Assembly: GCA_038245785.1 (NCBI GenBank)
Contig: JBBRSB010000040.1
Span: forward strand, 1 to 29,250
Reading direction: 5' to 3'
Length of the DNA stretch: 29,250 bases
From: Gloeobacterales cyanobacterium
GTDB lineage: Bacteria; Cyanobacteriota; Cyanobacteriia; Gloeobacterales; PMM-0068
Position 1 is the first letter of the stretch. Each line of letters starts with the position of its first letter. The notes under the pieces were generated by a model. It had not been told where the DNA came from. It did no database searches and saw nothing but the letters and a program-made list of their open reading frames with translations. The position numbers were made by a program, and so were the translations under genes. Positions 10,639 to 19,582 of the stretch are shown here, piece by piece.

Positions 10639-11568
10639 CTACGGAGCTTCTCTCAAGCCCTCGGCCAAACCTGGAAATAAGGGGGCTACCTGCTTGTCAT
10701 ACTTGGCCAGATAATCGCGGAAGGAGGTCCCACCAGTGCCGTATTCGACCCCAACAAGTTCTAATTGCTGGATAGCTAACCCCAAGTGCGCACGATGGAA
10801 GCGGGTTTGCAGCTCATCGTAGCTATTCATGCATCGGAGTAGAGGCTGAACAGAGGGATGTTGTTGAAGCAGGCTGGTCACTCTTTGGGATTGAGCATCC
10901 CCCTGGACCCGTTGGAGCAAGACCTGATAATAAGCAGCAAGGCTATGGTCACGGTGATGTTCCAGCCAAGTAGTGATATCCACCCCATAGCGGTGGTCGA
11001 ATTCCGTTTCTGCAACGTGGGGATGGCCCATCGCATCTTGCGTGCCACCTTTCCAGTATTTCTGCACACCACTCATAATTTCCAAATGCCGGAACTGGAA
11101 CGATTGGAACCCGCTCGTTGGACCTATACTGGTCCGAAATTCAGCAAAAGCCCGCATGGTTCCCAATATAGGCATCGTGCTGACGGCTATTTCGTAAAGC
11201 CGAAGAACCCGTTGAAAGAAGTAGCAGGCTTCCTCCGTATTTCCCAAGATAGAGTCAGTCGGGTCTTGCAGGGCAGTAGAAAAAGCGGCTAAGACCCTCT
11301 CCAAGTCCATAATCATTTGATTAAAGGCAAGTTCACACATTTGATGGACTGCGATAAATAGGTCTTCATCTTTTGAAGCCGTTAATGGTTTTTTGCAGCT
11401 TAGAAGCGCTTCTAGCTTGTGGTAGGTCCAGTAATGATTCTGACTGACCTCTAAATCGGGGTCCAAGGGAGGGAGCGGTTCGGGTTTAAACATATTTGTA
11501 ACTACGGGTGAAGATCCATCGCTATATTCTAAGGACCGTCCATAGAATAGCTTGCCTCTTAGATCCAT
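10639..11568 (-). CDS. tryptophan 2,3-dioxygenase family heme protein
   Basis: YWTYHKLEALL, DEDLFIAVHQMCELAF, EFRTSIGPTSGFQSFQFRHLE, the heme His in FHRAHL and a GTGGTS loop. An alternative start is the ATG at 11493. Confidence 0.88.
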   Translation of the reverse strand: MDLRGKLFYGRSLEYSDGSSPVVTNMFKPEPLPPLDPDLEVSQNHYWTYHKLEALLSCKKPLTASKDEDLFIAVHQMCELAFNQMIMDLERVLAAFSTALQDPTDSILGNTEEACYFFQRVLRLYEIAVSTMPILGTMRAFAEFRTSIGPTSGFQSFQFRHLEIMSGVQKYWKGGTQDAMGHPHVAETEFDHRYGVDITTWLEHHRDHSLAAYYQVLLQRVQGDAQSQRVTSLLQQHPSVQPLLRCMNSYDELQTRFHRAHLGLAIQQLELVGVEYGTGGTSFRDYLAKYDKQVAPLFPGLAEGLREAP

Positions 11569-12586
11569 GACACTCCCTTATTCTGAGTTCGACCTTTTTA
11601 CCCTCAAAAACTTTCAATTGGAGTCAGGAGCCGTACTGCCAGAAGTGCATTTGGCTTACTCCATAAGGGGCACCCCTAGCCAAAAGCCCCCAATTCTGAC
11701 CTGTACTTCCTTTGGTCGTGCTTATGATGATTTGGCATACTTATATGGAAAGTCTTTAGACCCGGCCCAGCGCTGGATCATTCATACAGAGCTTTTAGGC
11801 AATGGGCGGAGTAGCTCTCCCAGCAATATGCCCCCACCTTTTGCTAAGGCCAATTTTCCAGCAGTGACAATTCGAGATAATGTTGCCATCCAACATGCAC
11901 TGCTTACCTTGCTGAACGTTCAGGAGATTCGGGCGGTGGTAGGGGCGAGTATGGGTGGACAGCAGGCTATTCAGTGGGCGGTCAGTTATCCATCCAGCGT
12001 GCAAAAGGCGATTGTGATTGTGGGTAGTTGCCGTACAACTTGGCATGGACAACTTTTTTTGAATTCACTATCGCGTTGCATCCATTCTGACCCAGCCTTT
12101 AATCAGGGAAATTATAGTAAACCACCCCTAGAAGGAATTGCTCGTTTAGCGGATACGTGGGCTCCCTGGGTGTTTTCGCCAGAATTCTATGCCTCAGAAG
12201 CCTATCGAAACTATGAAGATACTAAGGCTGATTCGTTGGAAGAGTTTTTGGATAAATGGCGTTTCCGCTACTTTCAGCGAGATGCCAATAATATGTTGTC
12301 TCAGTTTCAAACATGGTCAACCCACAATGTGGCAGATACCCTCGGCATAGAAGGTTGTTTGGAAAAAGCGCTGGCTCAGGTGGAGGCGGAGGTTTTATTT
12401 CTACCAAGCCGGACCGATGCCTATTTCGCGGTCTCCGATAATCGGAAAGAAGCAGATTTTATTCCTAAAGCACAGGTCGAGGTGATTGATTCTATCTCTG
12501 GACATGCCGCAGGACTGGGTCGAGATCCAAAAGATTGCCAGCAGATTAACCAGGCGATTGCTGATTTTTTGGCATCTAGAGATTGA
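11567..12586 (+). CDS. alpha/beta hydrolase, homoserine O-acetyltransferase (MetX)-like subfamily
   Basis: FQLESGAVLPEVHLAY, GNGRSSSPSN, nucleophile elbow GASMGG, Asp (RTDAYF) and His (SGHAAG). Lacks the HALTG motif of true MetX. ATG at 11567 is preferred over the TTG at 11552. Confidence 0.85.
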   Translation: MTLPYSEFDLFTLKNFQLESGAVLPEVHLAYSIRGTPSQKPPILTCTSFGRAYDDLAYLYGKSLDPAQRWIIHTELLGNGRSSSPSNMPPPFAKANFPAVTIRDNVAIQHALLTLLNVQEIRAVVGASMGGQQAIQWAVSYPSSVQKAIVIVGSCRTTWHGQLFLNSLSRCIHSDPAFNQGNYSKPPLEGIARLADTWAPWVFSPEFYASEAYRNYEDTKADSLEEFLDKWRFRYFQRDANNMLSQFQTWSTHNVADTLGIEGCLEKALAQVEAEVLFLPSRTDAYFAVSDNRKEADFIPKAQVEVIDSISGHAAGLGRDPKDCQQINQAIADFLASRD

Positions 12587-12677
12587 GGCTCTATGGTGTT
12601 ATGCATAGCGCAAGGTTTTGTACCACTGTGTTAGACGACGGATGATTTACATCTAAAAAATTCTAGGCTTCTGCATT

Positions 12678-13454
12678 ATGGTCGTCGGTACTTGGCTCAT
12701 CTTGGCGCTCTTTGGCATTATTTCAGGGACCTTGGCTGGGATTCTAGGCATTGGGGGAGGCAGTCTATTGGTTCCTGTATTGGTGGCTATTGGCTTTACG
12801 CCTGTACATGCGGTGGGGACCAGTAACTTGGCCATTATCATCACGGCTATTTCGGGAAGTATTCAGAACTGGCGCATGGGTTATCTCGATATTAAAAATG
12901 TCCTTTCCATTGGTCTGCCCGCTTTGCTGACGGCACAGGTTGGAGCTTATCTGGCGGAAAAAATAAGCCCTGCTCCTTTATTGGTAGCTTTTGCTTGTTT
13001 ATTGCTCACCAACATTTACTTAATGGACTTACGCAAAAAACTAGTAGTAGAAGATAGTGATGCAAGAGATAGGACAGAATCCTCGCTCAAACTGATATTC
13101 CAAATGCTTACAGGAGCCTCTGCTGGACTTTTGGCTGGACTTTTTGGGGTGGGAGGAGGATTGATTATGGTTCCTCTTCAAATCCTACTTTTAGGAGAGC
13201 CAATTAAATCAGCAATTCAAACCAGCTTAGGGGTAATCGTCATTACAGCAATCTCAGCCTCTATTGCTCACAGCCTCTATGGAAATGTCTTCTGGATTGA
13301 AGGGACACTGCTAGGCATAGGTGGCCTCTTGGGAGCGCAAATAGGGACACGCTATATGCCCAAACTCTCAGACAATACGGTTCGTCTATCTTTTCGGGTT
13401 TTGCTGTTTACCTTGGCGGCATACACGTTCTGGAAAGCTTGGCAGATATATTAA
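12678..13454 (+). CDS. TauE/SafE (TSUP) family permease
   Basis: 258 aa with the duplicated GxxAGxxGxGGG motif (GTLAGILGIGGG; GLLAGLFGVGGG) and about 8 TM segments. Confidence 0.92.
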   Translation: MVVGTWLILALFGIISGTLAGILGIGGGSLLVPVLVAIGFTPVHAVGTSNLAIIITAISGSIQNWRMGYLDIKNVLSIGLPALLTAQVGAYLAEKISPAPLLVAFACLLLTNIYLMDLRKKLVVEDSDARDRTESSLKLIFQMLTGASAGLLAGLFGVGGGLIMVPLQILLLGEPIKSAIQTSLGVIVITAISASIAHSLYGNVFWIEGTLLGIGGLLGAQIGTRYMPKLSDNTVRLSFRVLLFTLAAYTFWKAWQIY

Positions 13455-13607
13455 TTAGCTCTCTTCCTTCACCCTCAACCCGCCTGGTCTGCCTCTACTT
13501 TTATAATCCTCTTGGGCACGTTTCAGCCGTTCGGCAATGAGTTTTACATCCTCTCGTAGGGTCCTGATTCCAGACTTAGATTTTTTGTTGTCATTAACTC
13601 TAAGCAT
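13455..13607 (-). CDS. putative 50-aa small protein coupled to trpE
   Basis: ATG at 13607 overlaps the trpE stop. The frame MLRVNDNKKSKSGIRTLREDVKLIAERLKRAQEDYKSRGRPGGLRVKEES* fills the whole gap to the TauE stop. Confidence 0.35.
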   Translation of the reverse strand: MLRVNDNKKSKSGIRTLREDVKLIAERLKRAQEDYKSRGRPGGLRVKEES

Positions 13608-15090
13608 AGGCAATCGCTTCTAGAAGTCCATTCGCCTTATTAATAGTCTCCTGATATTCCATCTCGGGAACGGAATCAGCAACGATACCCGCTCCCGCTT
13701 GAACACTCAGAGCCCCTTCCTTCAACAACATCGTACGGATGGTAATCGCGGTATTGAGCTGACCGTCAAAGCTGTAGTAGCCATAGACGCCACTATACGG
13801 TCCACGCTTATGGGGTTCCAGTTCACAGATAATTTCCATGGCCCGAATTTTCGGAGCACCGCTGACGGTACCGGCAGGGAAACATGCCTGGAGCAGGTCC
13901 CACACAGATTTTTTAGGGTCTAAAAGGCCAGTCACATTCGAGGCAATGTGCATGACATGGGAATAGCGCTCAATTTTCATCATCTCGTTGGTGTGGACGG
14001 AACCCCAGGTACATACCCGCCCCAAATCATTACGGCCTAAGTCCACCAGCATCACGTGCTCTGCTGTTTCTTTGGGGTCTGCCAAGAGGTCTTTTTCTAG
14101 AGCCAAATCTTCCTCAGGGGTCGCGCCTCGTTTGCGCGTTCCAGCAATCGGCCGCAGGGTCGCTACCTGTTTATCCCCGACTTGGTCTAACTTGACCATG
14201 ATTTCTGGACTAGAACCAATCATTTGGAAGGTTCCAAAGTTGAAATAGGCCATGTAGGGAGAAGGATTGACCACCCGCAAAGAACGATAGAGGGCGAAGG
14301 GATCGCCTTTATATTCGGTCGTTAACCTTTGAGAAAGGACAACCTGAAAGATATCCCCCGCTTTGATATAAGCCTTAGATTTCTCCACTGCCTGCAAGAA
14401 ATCCTCTTTCGCAAAAGAGGATTGATAGACCACAGGTTCTTTGCCCCGCTTCCAATCGAGAAGCGGTGGCTCAGGATCCAGAGGAGTACTCAGACGGTCC
14501 ACCAGGCTATCCACCCTGGAAGCAGCCTCGTCATAAGCTGTTTTTGGATCCGGATGTTTTTGTAAATCGGCATAGGCAATCGCCCAAATTTTGCGTTTTA
14601 CCTGGTCAAAAACCAGAAGGCTATCCACCTGCATCCATTGGCCATCGGGTAAATCTTGCAGATCTATCGGATGAACCGGAACCCTTGGTTCAATCCAAGA
14701 CACCAGTTCATAGCCCCAAAATCCAAATAGGCCGCCCAGACCTGGAGGTAGCGCCTCTAGATGGACAGGCTTATAGGGTTGCAGACATTGGCTGAGGACT
14801 GCAAACGGATTGCCTGTGTAGGTTTTGCTCTCTCCATCCCGGAATTGTTGAACCGTTTGTGCTCCTCGGGTCGTCAGGGTCCAGAGGGGATCACAACCCA
14901 AAAGGGAGTAACGGCCTACTTTTTCGCCGCCTTCTACCGATTCCAAGAGAAAACTATACTCGGCCTGACGACATACCCGGTACCAGGCCGATACAGGAGT
15001 TTGAAGGTCAGCCAAGAGTTCCCGGTATACCGGAATAAAGTTTCCCCGAGTCGCTAGTTGCGTAAATTCTTCAAAGGAGGGAGCAAGCAT
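13600..15090 (-). CDS. trpE: anthranilate synthase component I
   Basis: FLLESVEGGEKVGRYS, GDIFQVVLSQR, NPSPYM, PIAGTRKRG, EHVMLVDLGRNDLGRV and FPAGTVSGAPKIRAM. Confidence 0.96.
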   Translation of the reverse strand: MLAPSFEEFTQLATRGNFIPVYRELLADLQTPVSAWYRVCRQAEYSFLLESVEGGEKVGRYSLLGCDPLWTLTTRGAQTVQQFRDGESKTYTGNPFAVLSQCLQPYKPVHLEALPPGLGGLFGFWGYELVSWIEPRVPVHPIDLQDLPDGQWMQVDSLLVFDQVKRKIWAIAYADLQKHPDPKTAYDEAASRVDSLVDRLSTPLDPEPPLLDWKRGKEPVVYQSSFAKEDFLQAVEKSKAYIKAGDIFQVVLSQRLTTEYKGDPFALYRSLRVVNPSPYMAYFNFGTFQMIGSSPEIMVKLDQVGDKQVATLRPIAGTRKRGATPEEDLALEKDLLADPKETAEHVMLVDLGRNDLGRVCTWGSVHTNEMMKIERYSHVMHIASNVTGLLDPKKSVWDLLQACFPAGTVSGAPKIRAMEIICELEPHKRGPYSGVYGYYSFDGQLNTAITIRTMLLKEGALSVQAGAGIVADSVPEMEYQETINKANGLLEAIAYA

Positions 15091-15144
15091 ACCAATGTCT
15101 TGATGATGCAGTCATTTTAAGCCACTACTCGATTTCCACAGTTG

Positions 15145-16269
15145 CTAATCTTCCCATAATCGCTTACGTTCCCCTGCTGCCAGGCGTTGATGGGCATCTA
15201 TTAGAAGAGTAGGAATTGGAAGATTCACGGGACAACGGGGTAAACAGTCTCCACAATCCGTACAACGATTGCCTTTCGTGCCCGCAAACCAGTGTCCTGC
15301 TTTTTCAAACATGTTGTAGCGATACTGCCCGAAATCCACCATATCTAAACCAACAGCTAAATTCCGCAGCCGTAGTACTTCCGGGATATTGATGTTTTCA
15401 GGACAGGGCAAACAGGCAAAGCATTGTTCACAAAGGTCCGGTTTGATCTCTATCAGTGCTTGCTCAATCCGTCCAAAGGCTTGCTTCTCTTCTGAGGTAA
15501 GAGACATCCCTTGGTCCGCCACCGTCATATGGGCCGTAAATTCATCAACAGCAGCAGCACCCAAGGAAAGCGTATGAATTCTAGAATCACTTAAGAGAAA
15601 ACGATGATTCAGCTCAATCGGAGTAAAGGGCTGACAGAGGGTTTTCAACTTTTCAGGAGGAGCATAGAGCTGTCCTCCCTTATCCGTAGGAGAAATGATA
15701 AATACGCCCATATCTTTTTCATGGGCTCGTTGAATCGCAGCCGCATTGCGCTGATTGAAGTAGTAATAGTGCAGATTCGCGAATTCAAATAAATCAGTTT
15801 CGATCAGGTCCAAAATTAGTTCCAGCGGTCCATGGGTAGAAAAGCCCACGTGCCTGATGAGACCAGCTTTGACGGCTTCCTGAACAGCGCGCATACAGCC
15901 ATCTTTTTTTGTGACTAGCTCAAAGTGCTTGGGTGTATTCAACCCGTGGAGCGCCAAGTTATCGAGATAATCTGTTTGCAGTCGGGTCAACGAACGCTCA
16001 ATGAGCTGCGCCATCGAATCCCGGTCTGGCGTGGGCGTAATCTTAGTTGTCAGAGAAATGCTCTGACGATCCAGCCCCGCTTGTAAGGCGGCCCCGATAT
16101 ATTCTTCACTTTTGCCATAGCCCTTGGCCGTTTCCAGATGATTGATACCGAGTTCAACCGCTTTGAATACGGTTTCGACCGCATTTTCTTCACTGGCTAG
16201 AAAACGCATCGCCCCAAAGCTAAAAGCCGAGAGCCTCTGTTCGGTCTTACCAAAACGTCGATAAAGCAT
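15145..16269 (-). CDS. aldo/keto reductase with a C-terminal 4Fe-4S dicluster domain
   Basis: MLYRRFGKT, GINHLETAKGYG and RHVGFSTHG, plus C-terminal CEQCFACLPCP and CTDCGDCLPRCP. Confidence 0.92.
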   Translation of the reverse strand: MLYRRFGKTEQRLSAFSFGAMRFLASEENAVETVFKAVELGINHLETAKGYGKSEEYIGAALQAGLDRQSISLTTKITPTPDRDSMAQLIERSLTRLQTDYLDNLALHGLNTPKHFELVTKKDGCMRAVQEAVKAGLIRHVGFSTHGPLELILDLIETDLFEFANLHYYYFNQRNAAAIQRAHEKDMGVFIISPTDKGGQLYAPPEKLKTLCQPFTPIELNHRFLLSDSRIHTLSLGAAAVDEFTAHMTVADQGMSLTSEEKQAFGRIEQALIEIKPDLCEQCFACLPCPENINIPEVLRLRNLAVGLDMVDFGQYRYNMFEKAGHWFAGTKGNRCTDCGDCLPRCPVNLPIPTLLIDAHQRLAAGERKRLWED

Positions 16270-16340
16270 CCTTCTAGCTTACGCAGGTTGGGCAAGCGTA
16301 TGGGAAGATTTACAGCAAAGGCAGGCAGGAGTTAAAGACT

Positions 16341-17264
16341 ATGCGCGTATTAGTAATCGGGGGAACCCGCTTTGTGGGCGTGTATCTGACCCAAGAACTG
16401 GTGAAACAGGGGCATGAAGTCGTGCTCTTTAACCGAGGAAATAAGCCTGCCCCCGTAGAAGGCGTCAGCCAAATCCATGGAGACCGTACCGATCCTGCCC
16501 AATTGAAAGACAAGCTCTCTGGTCAACGCTTTGATGCCATTTTTGATAACAACGGTCGGGAACTGTCGGATACGCAGCCGTTGGTAGAACTGTTCAAGGG
16601 CCAGATTCAGCAATTTATCTACATGAGTTCGGCAGGCGTCTATCTAGCTACTGAACAGCCTCCGCATATGGAAGGAGATCCCGTTGATCCGAAGAGCCGC
16701 CATAAGGGTAAACACGAAACCGAACACTATCTAAATATAGAAGGGATTCCCTACACGTCTATCCGTCCGGTTTATATCTATGGCCCCCAAAACTATAACG
16801 ATGTTGAAGCCTGGTTCTTTGACCGGATTGTCCGAAATCGACCGATTCCCGTACCTGGCAATGGCCAATTTTTAACGCAAATGGGCCATGTGAAAGATTT
16901 AGCAAAAGCGATGGTGGCAGCGTTAGGCAATGAAAAAGCAATTCGGCAAATTTACAACATCAGTGATATCCGGGCCGTCAGTTTTGATGGCATGGCCCAT
17001 CTCTGTGGAGCTGCCGCCGGAAAATCCGTAGAACTTGTCCACTATGATGCCAAACAATTCTCTTTTGGCAAGCGCAAAGCCTTTCCCTTCCGTGAACAGC
17101 ACTTCTTTGCTTCGGTAGACAAAGCCGTTCATCACTTAAATTGGTGCCCGGAATTTGACCTCTTAAGTGGTCTCAAAGACTCTTGGGAAAATGATTACAT
17201 CAAGTCAGGAAGGGACCAGAAAGAGATTGACTTCTCTACGGATGATGAAATTCTTCAAAAGTAG
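16341..17264 (+). CDS. NAD-dependent epimerase/dehydratase family protein (CSP41-like)
   Basis: VIGGTRFVG Rossmann motif, FDNNGRE, YMSSAGVY, SRHKGK, RPVYIYGP and GKRKAFPFR. Confidence 0.9.
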   Translation: MRVLVIGGTRFVGVYLTQELVKQGHEVVLFNRGNKPAPVEGVSQIHGDRTDPAQLKDKLSGQRFDAIFDNNGRELSDTQPLVELFKGQIQQFIYMSSAGVYLATEQPPHMEGDPVDPKSRHKGKHETEHYLNIEGIPYTSIRPVYIYGPQNYNDVEAWFFDRIVRNRPIPVPGNGQFLTQMGHVKDLAKAMVAALGNEKAIRQIYNISDIRAVSFDGMAHLCGAAAGKSVELVHYDAKQFSFGKRKAFPFREQHFFASVDKAVHHLNWCPEFDLLSGLKDSWENDYIKSGRDQKEIDFSTDDEILQK

Positions 17265-17349
17265 AGGTCTCAGCGCTTTGTCATTTCCGCGCTGGTGGGA
17301 AATCAACCCGCACGGGCGCAAACCACATCAAGAGAGCTCCTACTGCCGC

Positions 17350-17622
17350 TCAATACACATTGTCATGGCTACCAATATCTACAAGCACAGCCTTCCTATC
17401 TTCCGTAAAGTAGAACAATACCCTCTCATCGTAATCTACGCTAAAACTCCAAAATTCTTTGAGTTTACCCGATAGTTTATGCGTTTTCAGACTTGGATCA
17501 AAAGGATCTACGGTGAACTGTTCCAATTTTTGCCAAAACCTTGCCTCTAAATCTGCATTGCCTTTGATGCGCTTCTTGAAGGCACGTTTGAATGGAGAAC
17601 TAAAACTGACTTCCACGCTCAC
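17350..17622 (-). CDS. type II toxin, RelE/YafQ-like mRNA interferase
   Basis: 90 aa with FSSPFKRAFKK, LKTHKLSGKLKEFWSFSV and DIGSHDNVY. GTG start overlaps the antitoxin TGA. Confidence 0.88.
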   Translation of the reverse strand: MSVEVSFSSPFKRAFKKRIKGNADLEARFWQKLEQFTVDPFDPSLKTHKLSGKLKEFWSFSVDYDERVLFYFTEDRKAVLVDIGSHDNVY

Positions 17623-17828
17623 TCCTCTATCAGTTGTTTCAGTTCCTTGATGTTGGAGGAAAACTTCAGTTCACCTTTTTGCTGTTCGACCTGTGCCAAC
17701 TTAAAGTTCTCATATATCTCTTCACGGCGCTCTTCGCGGAGATATTGCTTCAACAACAGTTGGATTTCATTTTTTTCGTCTGTAGAGAGATTTTTGATTA
17801 CTTCGACCACATCCTTAAAAAGCATCAT
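17619..17828 (-). CDS. putative antitoxin
   Basis: Small helical protein directly upstream of and overlapping the toxin, ending KFSSNIKELKQLIEE. ATG at 17828 is preferred over the TTG at 17855. Confidence 0.75.
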   Translation of the reverse strand: MMLFKDVVEVIKNLSTDEKNEIQLLLKQYLREERREEIYENFKLAQVEQQKGELKFSSNIKELKQLIEE

Positions 17829-17992
17829 TTGCAAGACCTTATCGTGCTTACTCAATCAATCTAGCATGCTGCTCGTTCACCACGATTAAGAGCTATTCCA
17901 GCCAGACTCTAAACCAACCTTATCTCATCAGCACTGTCTAGCCAAATTGACCTTCCCCAGGGATATGGTCCATTTTTCCGGGTGCAGGGCAC

Positions 17993-18208
17993 ACCACCTA
18001 TAACCTGTCAGATTTTCTCGCTAGAACTCTTGGGCAGTATGGTATTGAAGCTCAGCACCCTGACGAGTTCATTACCCATTTGATTGATTTGGCCCCGTCA
18101 GTTGTCTGCAAAGCTGCTAATCGACAGCAAATGAGCCTGAAAAATCCACCCCAAGGTGTTGTGGAATTACTCGCAGCAGATGAAAGGCAGGGGTTAGCGC
18201 ATTATTAG
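17993..18208 (+). pseudogene. C-terminal fragment of a PIN-domain (VapC-type) protein
   Basis: Start-less frame TTYNLSDFLARTLGQYGIEAQHPDEFITHLIDLAPSVVCKAANRQQMSLKNPPQGVVELL, which matches the TxNxxDF...GIEAQHPDEF...LKNPP pattern. Not in the ORF track. Confidence 0.75.
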
Positions 18209-18597
18209 TCTGTTTTGATAATGTGATTTTGTAGAACACGCTCCTTCTTAGGCAAGAAGAACGGCTGCAATAAACTTCCGGTTTATTCTTTGGGAATCCA
18301 GTTACCTTCTTTGAGGGCTTCAACGATCCAGCAGCAATCTATACCTCCTCGAGAAACAATTCGCAGACGACATTCTTCCGAAAGGCCAAAAACAAAACAA
18401 TTGAGAGCGTCTGCCTCATCTTTAAAGTGCTCATGCCAGCCTTCAAAAGCTACAACAAACTCTGTCGGCAACTGCTCAATAGATACATTGAAACCATTGC
18501 TAGTCTGCGCGTAAATCGTAAGTAACGAGTCTTTCCGAAGGAAGCGAACATCTGGGTACTTTGCCAGCTTTTCCACGATACGGTCGATGGTATTCAT
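18205..18597 (-). pseudogene. hypothetical integron cassette gene with a probable premature stop at 18283-18285
   Basis: After the TAA the same frame continues TGSLLQPFFLPKKERVLQNHIIKTD to a TAA at 18205 that sits in an attC-like GACTAAT box. The ATG lies 8 nt after the attC R' box. Confidence 0.65.
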
Positions 18598-18605
18598 CTT
18601 TTTTT

Positions 18606-18663
18606 TGCCAACGTCAGTAATCAGCCGCCAGCTTTGCTGGTCGGCTGTATTGTCTGGTTATCT
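18606..18663 (-). mobile_element. integron attC recombination site (58 bp)
   Basis: Gene strand: AGATAAC-cagac-AAT[A]CAGCCG[A]CCAGC-aaa-GCTGG CGGCTG ATT-actgac-GTTGGCA. It has R''/R' boxes, 5- and 6-nt spacers, and two extrahelical bases 6 bp apart on the left arm. Confidence 0.88.
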
Positions 18664-19525
18664 GCACTGGGATCGCTGCTGTATGTGATTCTTAAGGGAA
18701 CACATTCCTGTGCCACCCATTCGAGAATTCTGAGGTTGTCAGTCTCGTGGTCCGTCGATGTCAAAAGGACAAAAAATAGAACTCCTTTGTCAAGGTCAAT
18801 TAGTAGTGTGTATTCCAGCCCTTTGTAGGCTTCACTGACGTTTGCACGCCGGAGTAAGGCTTTTTCGTTCTCCCGAGTGATAGTCGGGATATATTCGACG
18901 GTGGCACTTGCAGATAGCTTCCGAATATGTGAATCTTGCATTGCCGCTAATGCTTCGATGGTAGGCATAGCGTCAGACTTGTCCAGAAAGTTCCCATAGA
19001 TGAAGGAGCGTTGCTCGAAGGCTTGGTCAAAGGATAGTCCAAGAGGATACAGCATGACGCTCATGTTGGGGTCATACCTAGTGTCATAACCCATCCTGGT
19101 GGGCATGAAATCGCAGCACCATGAGGACCATGGTAGACAATGCACCCGAAGCTCAGAAAGTGTTCGATGTCGCCATAGTCCAGTATTCTGAGCTCGATGT
19201 CATGGGAGTCAAACGTTGCTCGGTTCAATGCTCCTGCGGAATACCCCTTGTTTGTTATCAGGACGCCCTTACTCGCCTTAATATCTCGGAGGAAACCCAA
19301 GAAGTCCTCAACTGTTTTTACGTCTATTCGTCTATTGAAGTACTTGCACTCAACGACCACTCTGATCTCGATTCCAGCAACTGACTCTTCTATGAGAATG
19401 TCGATCTGACGGTCGAGTTTCGAAATGCATCCTTTGAGTCTTACATCGGCCTGGATCTTAGCATTCGGATAGAGATTCTTGAAATGGCTAAGAACGTACT
19501 TCTCATATTCTTTCCACTCTTTCAT
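18621..19525 (-). pseudogene. Mrr_cat/PD-(D/E)XK restriction endonuclease family cassette gene, frameshifted near 19086
   Basis: N-terminal ORF has RQIDILI...VVECKYFNRRIDVKTVEDF...GVLITNKGYSAGA. Adding one base at GTT AT^GAC joins it to the 18621-19145 frame, giving ...PPGWV(I/M)DTRYDPNMSVMLYPLG..., about 301 aa. Confidence 0.78.
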
Positions 19526-19546
19526 TTATTTCTGAATCCATTATTG

Positions 19547-19582
19547 ACCTAACTTCTGTTTAGATTAACTTTCCTTGTCTAA
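19547..19582 (-). mobile_element. attI-like site at the head of the cassette array
   Basis: Minus strand TTAGAC-aaggaaagtta-ATCTAA-acagaa-GTTAGGT, the same CTAA-N6-GTTRRRY geometry as attI1 (CCCTAA-aacaaa-GTTRRRY), 21 nt before the cassette ATG. Confidence 0.6.

Noticed and set aside
11567..12586. Calling the hydrolase metX and linking it to the SAM riboswitch
   Set aside because: It lacks the HALTG motif and lies about 13 kb from metK in a different transcription unit.
18117..18323. 68-aa minus-strand ORF
   Set aside because: An alternative frame over the cassette gene tail and antisense to the PIN remnant.
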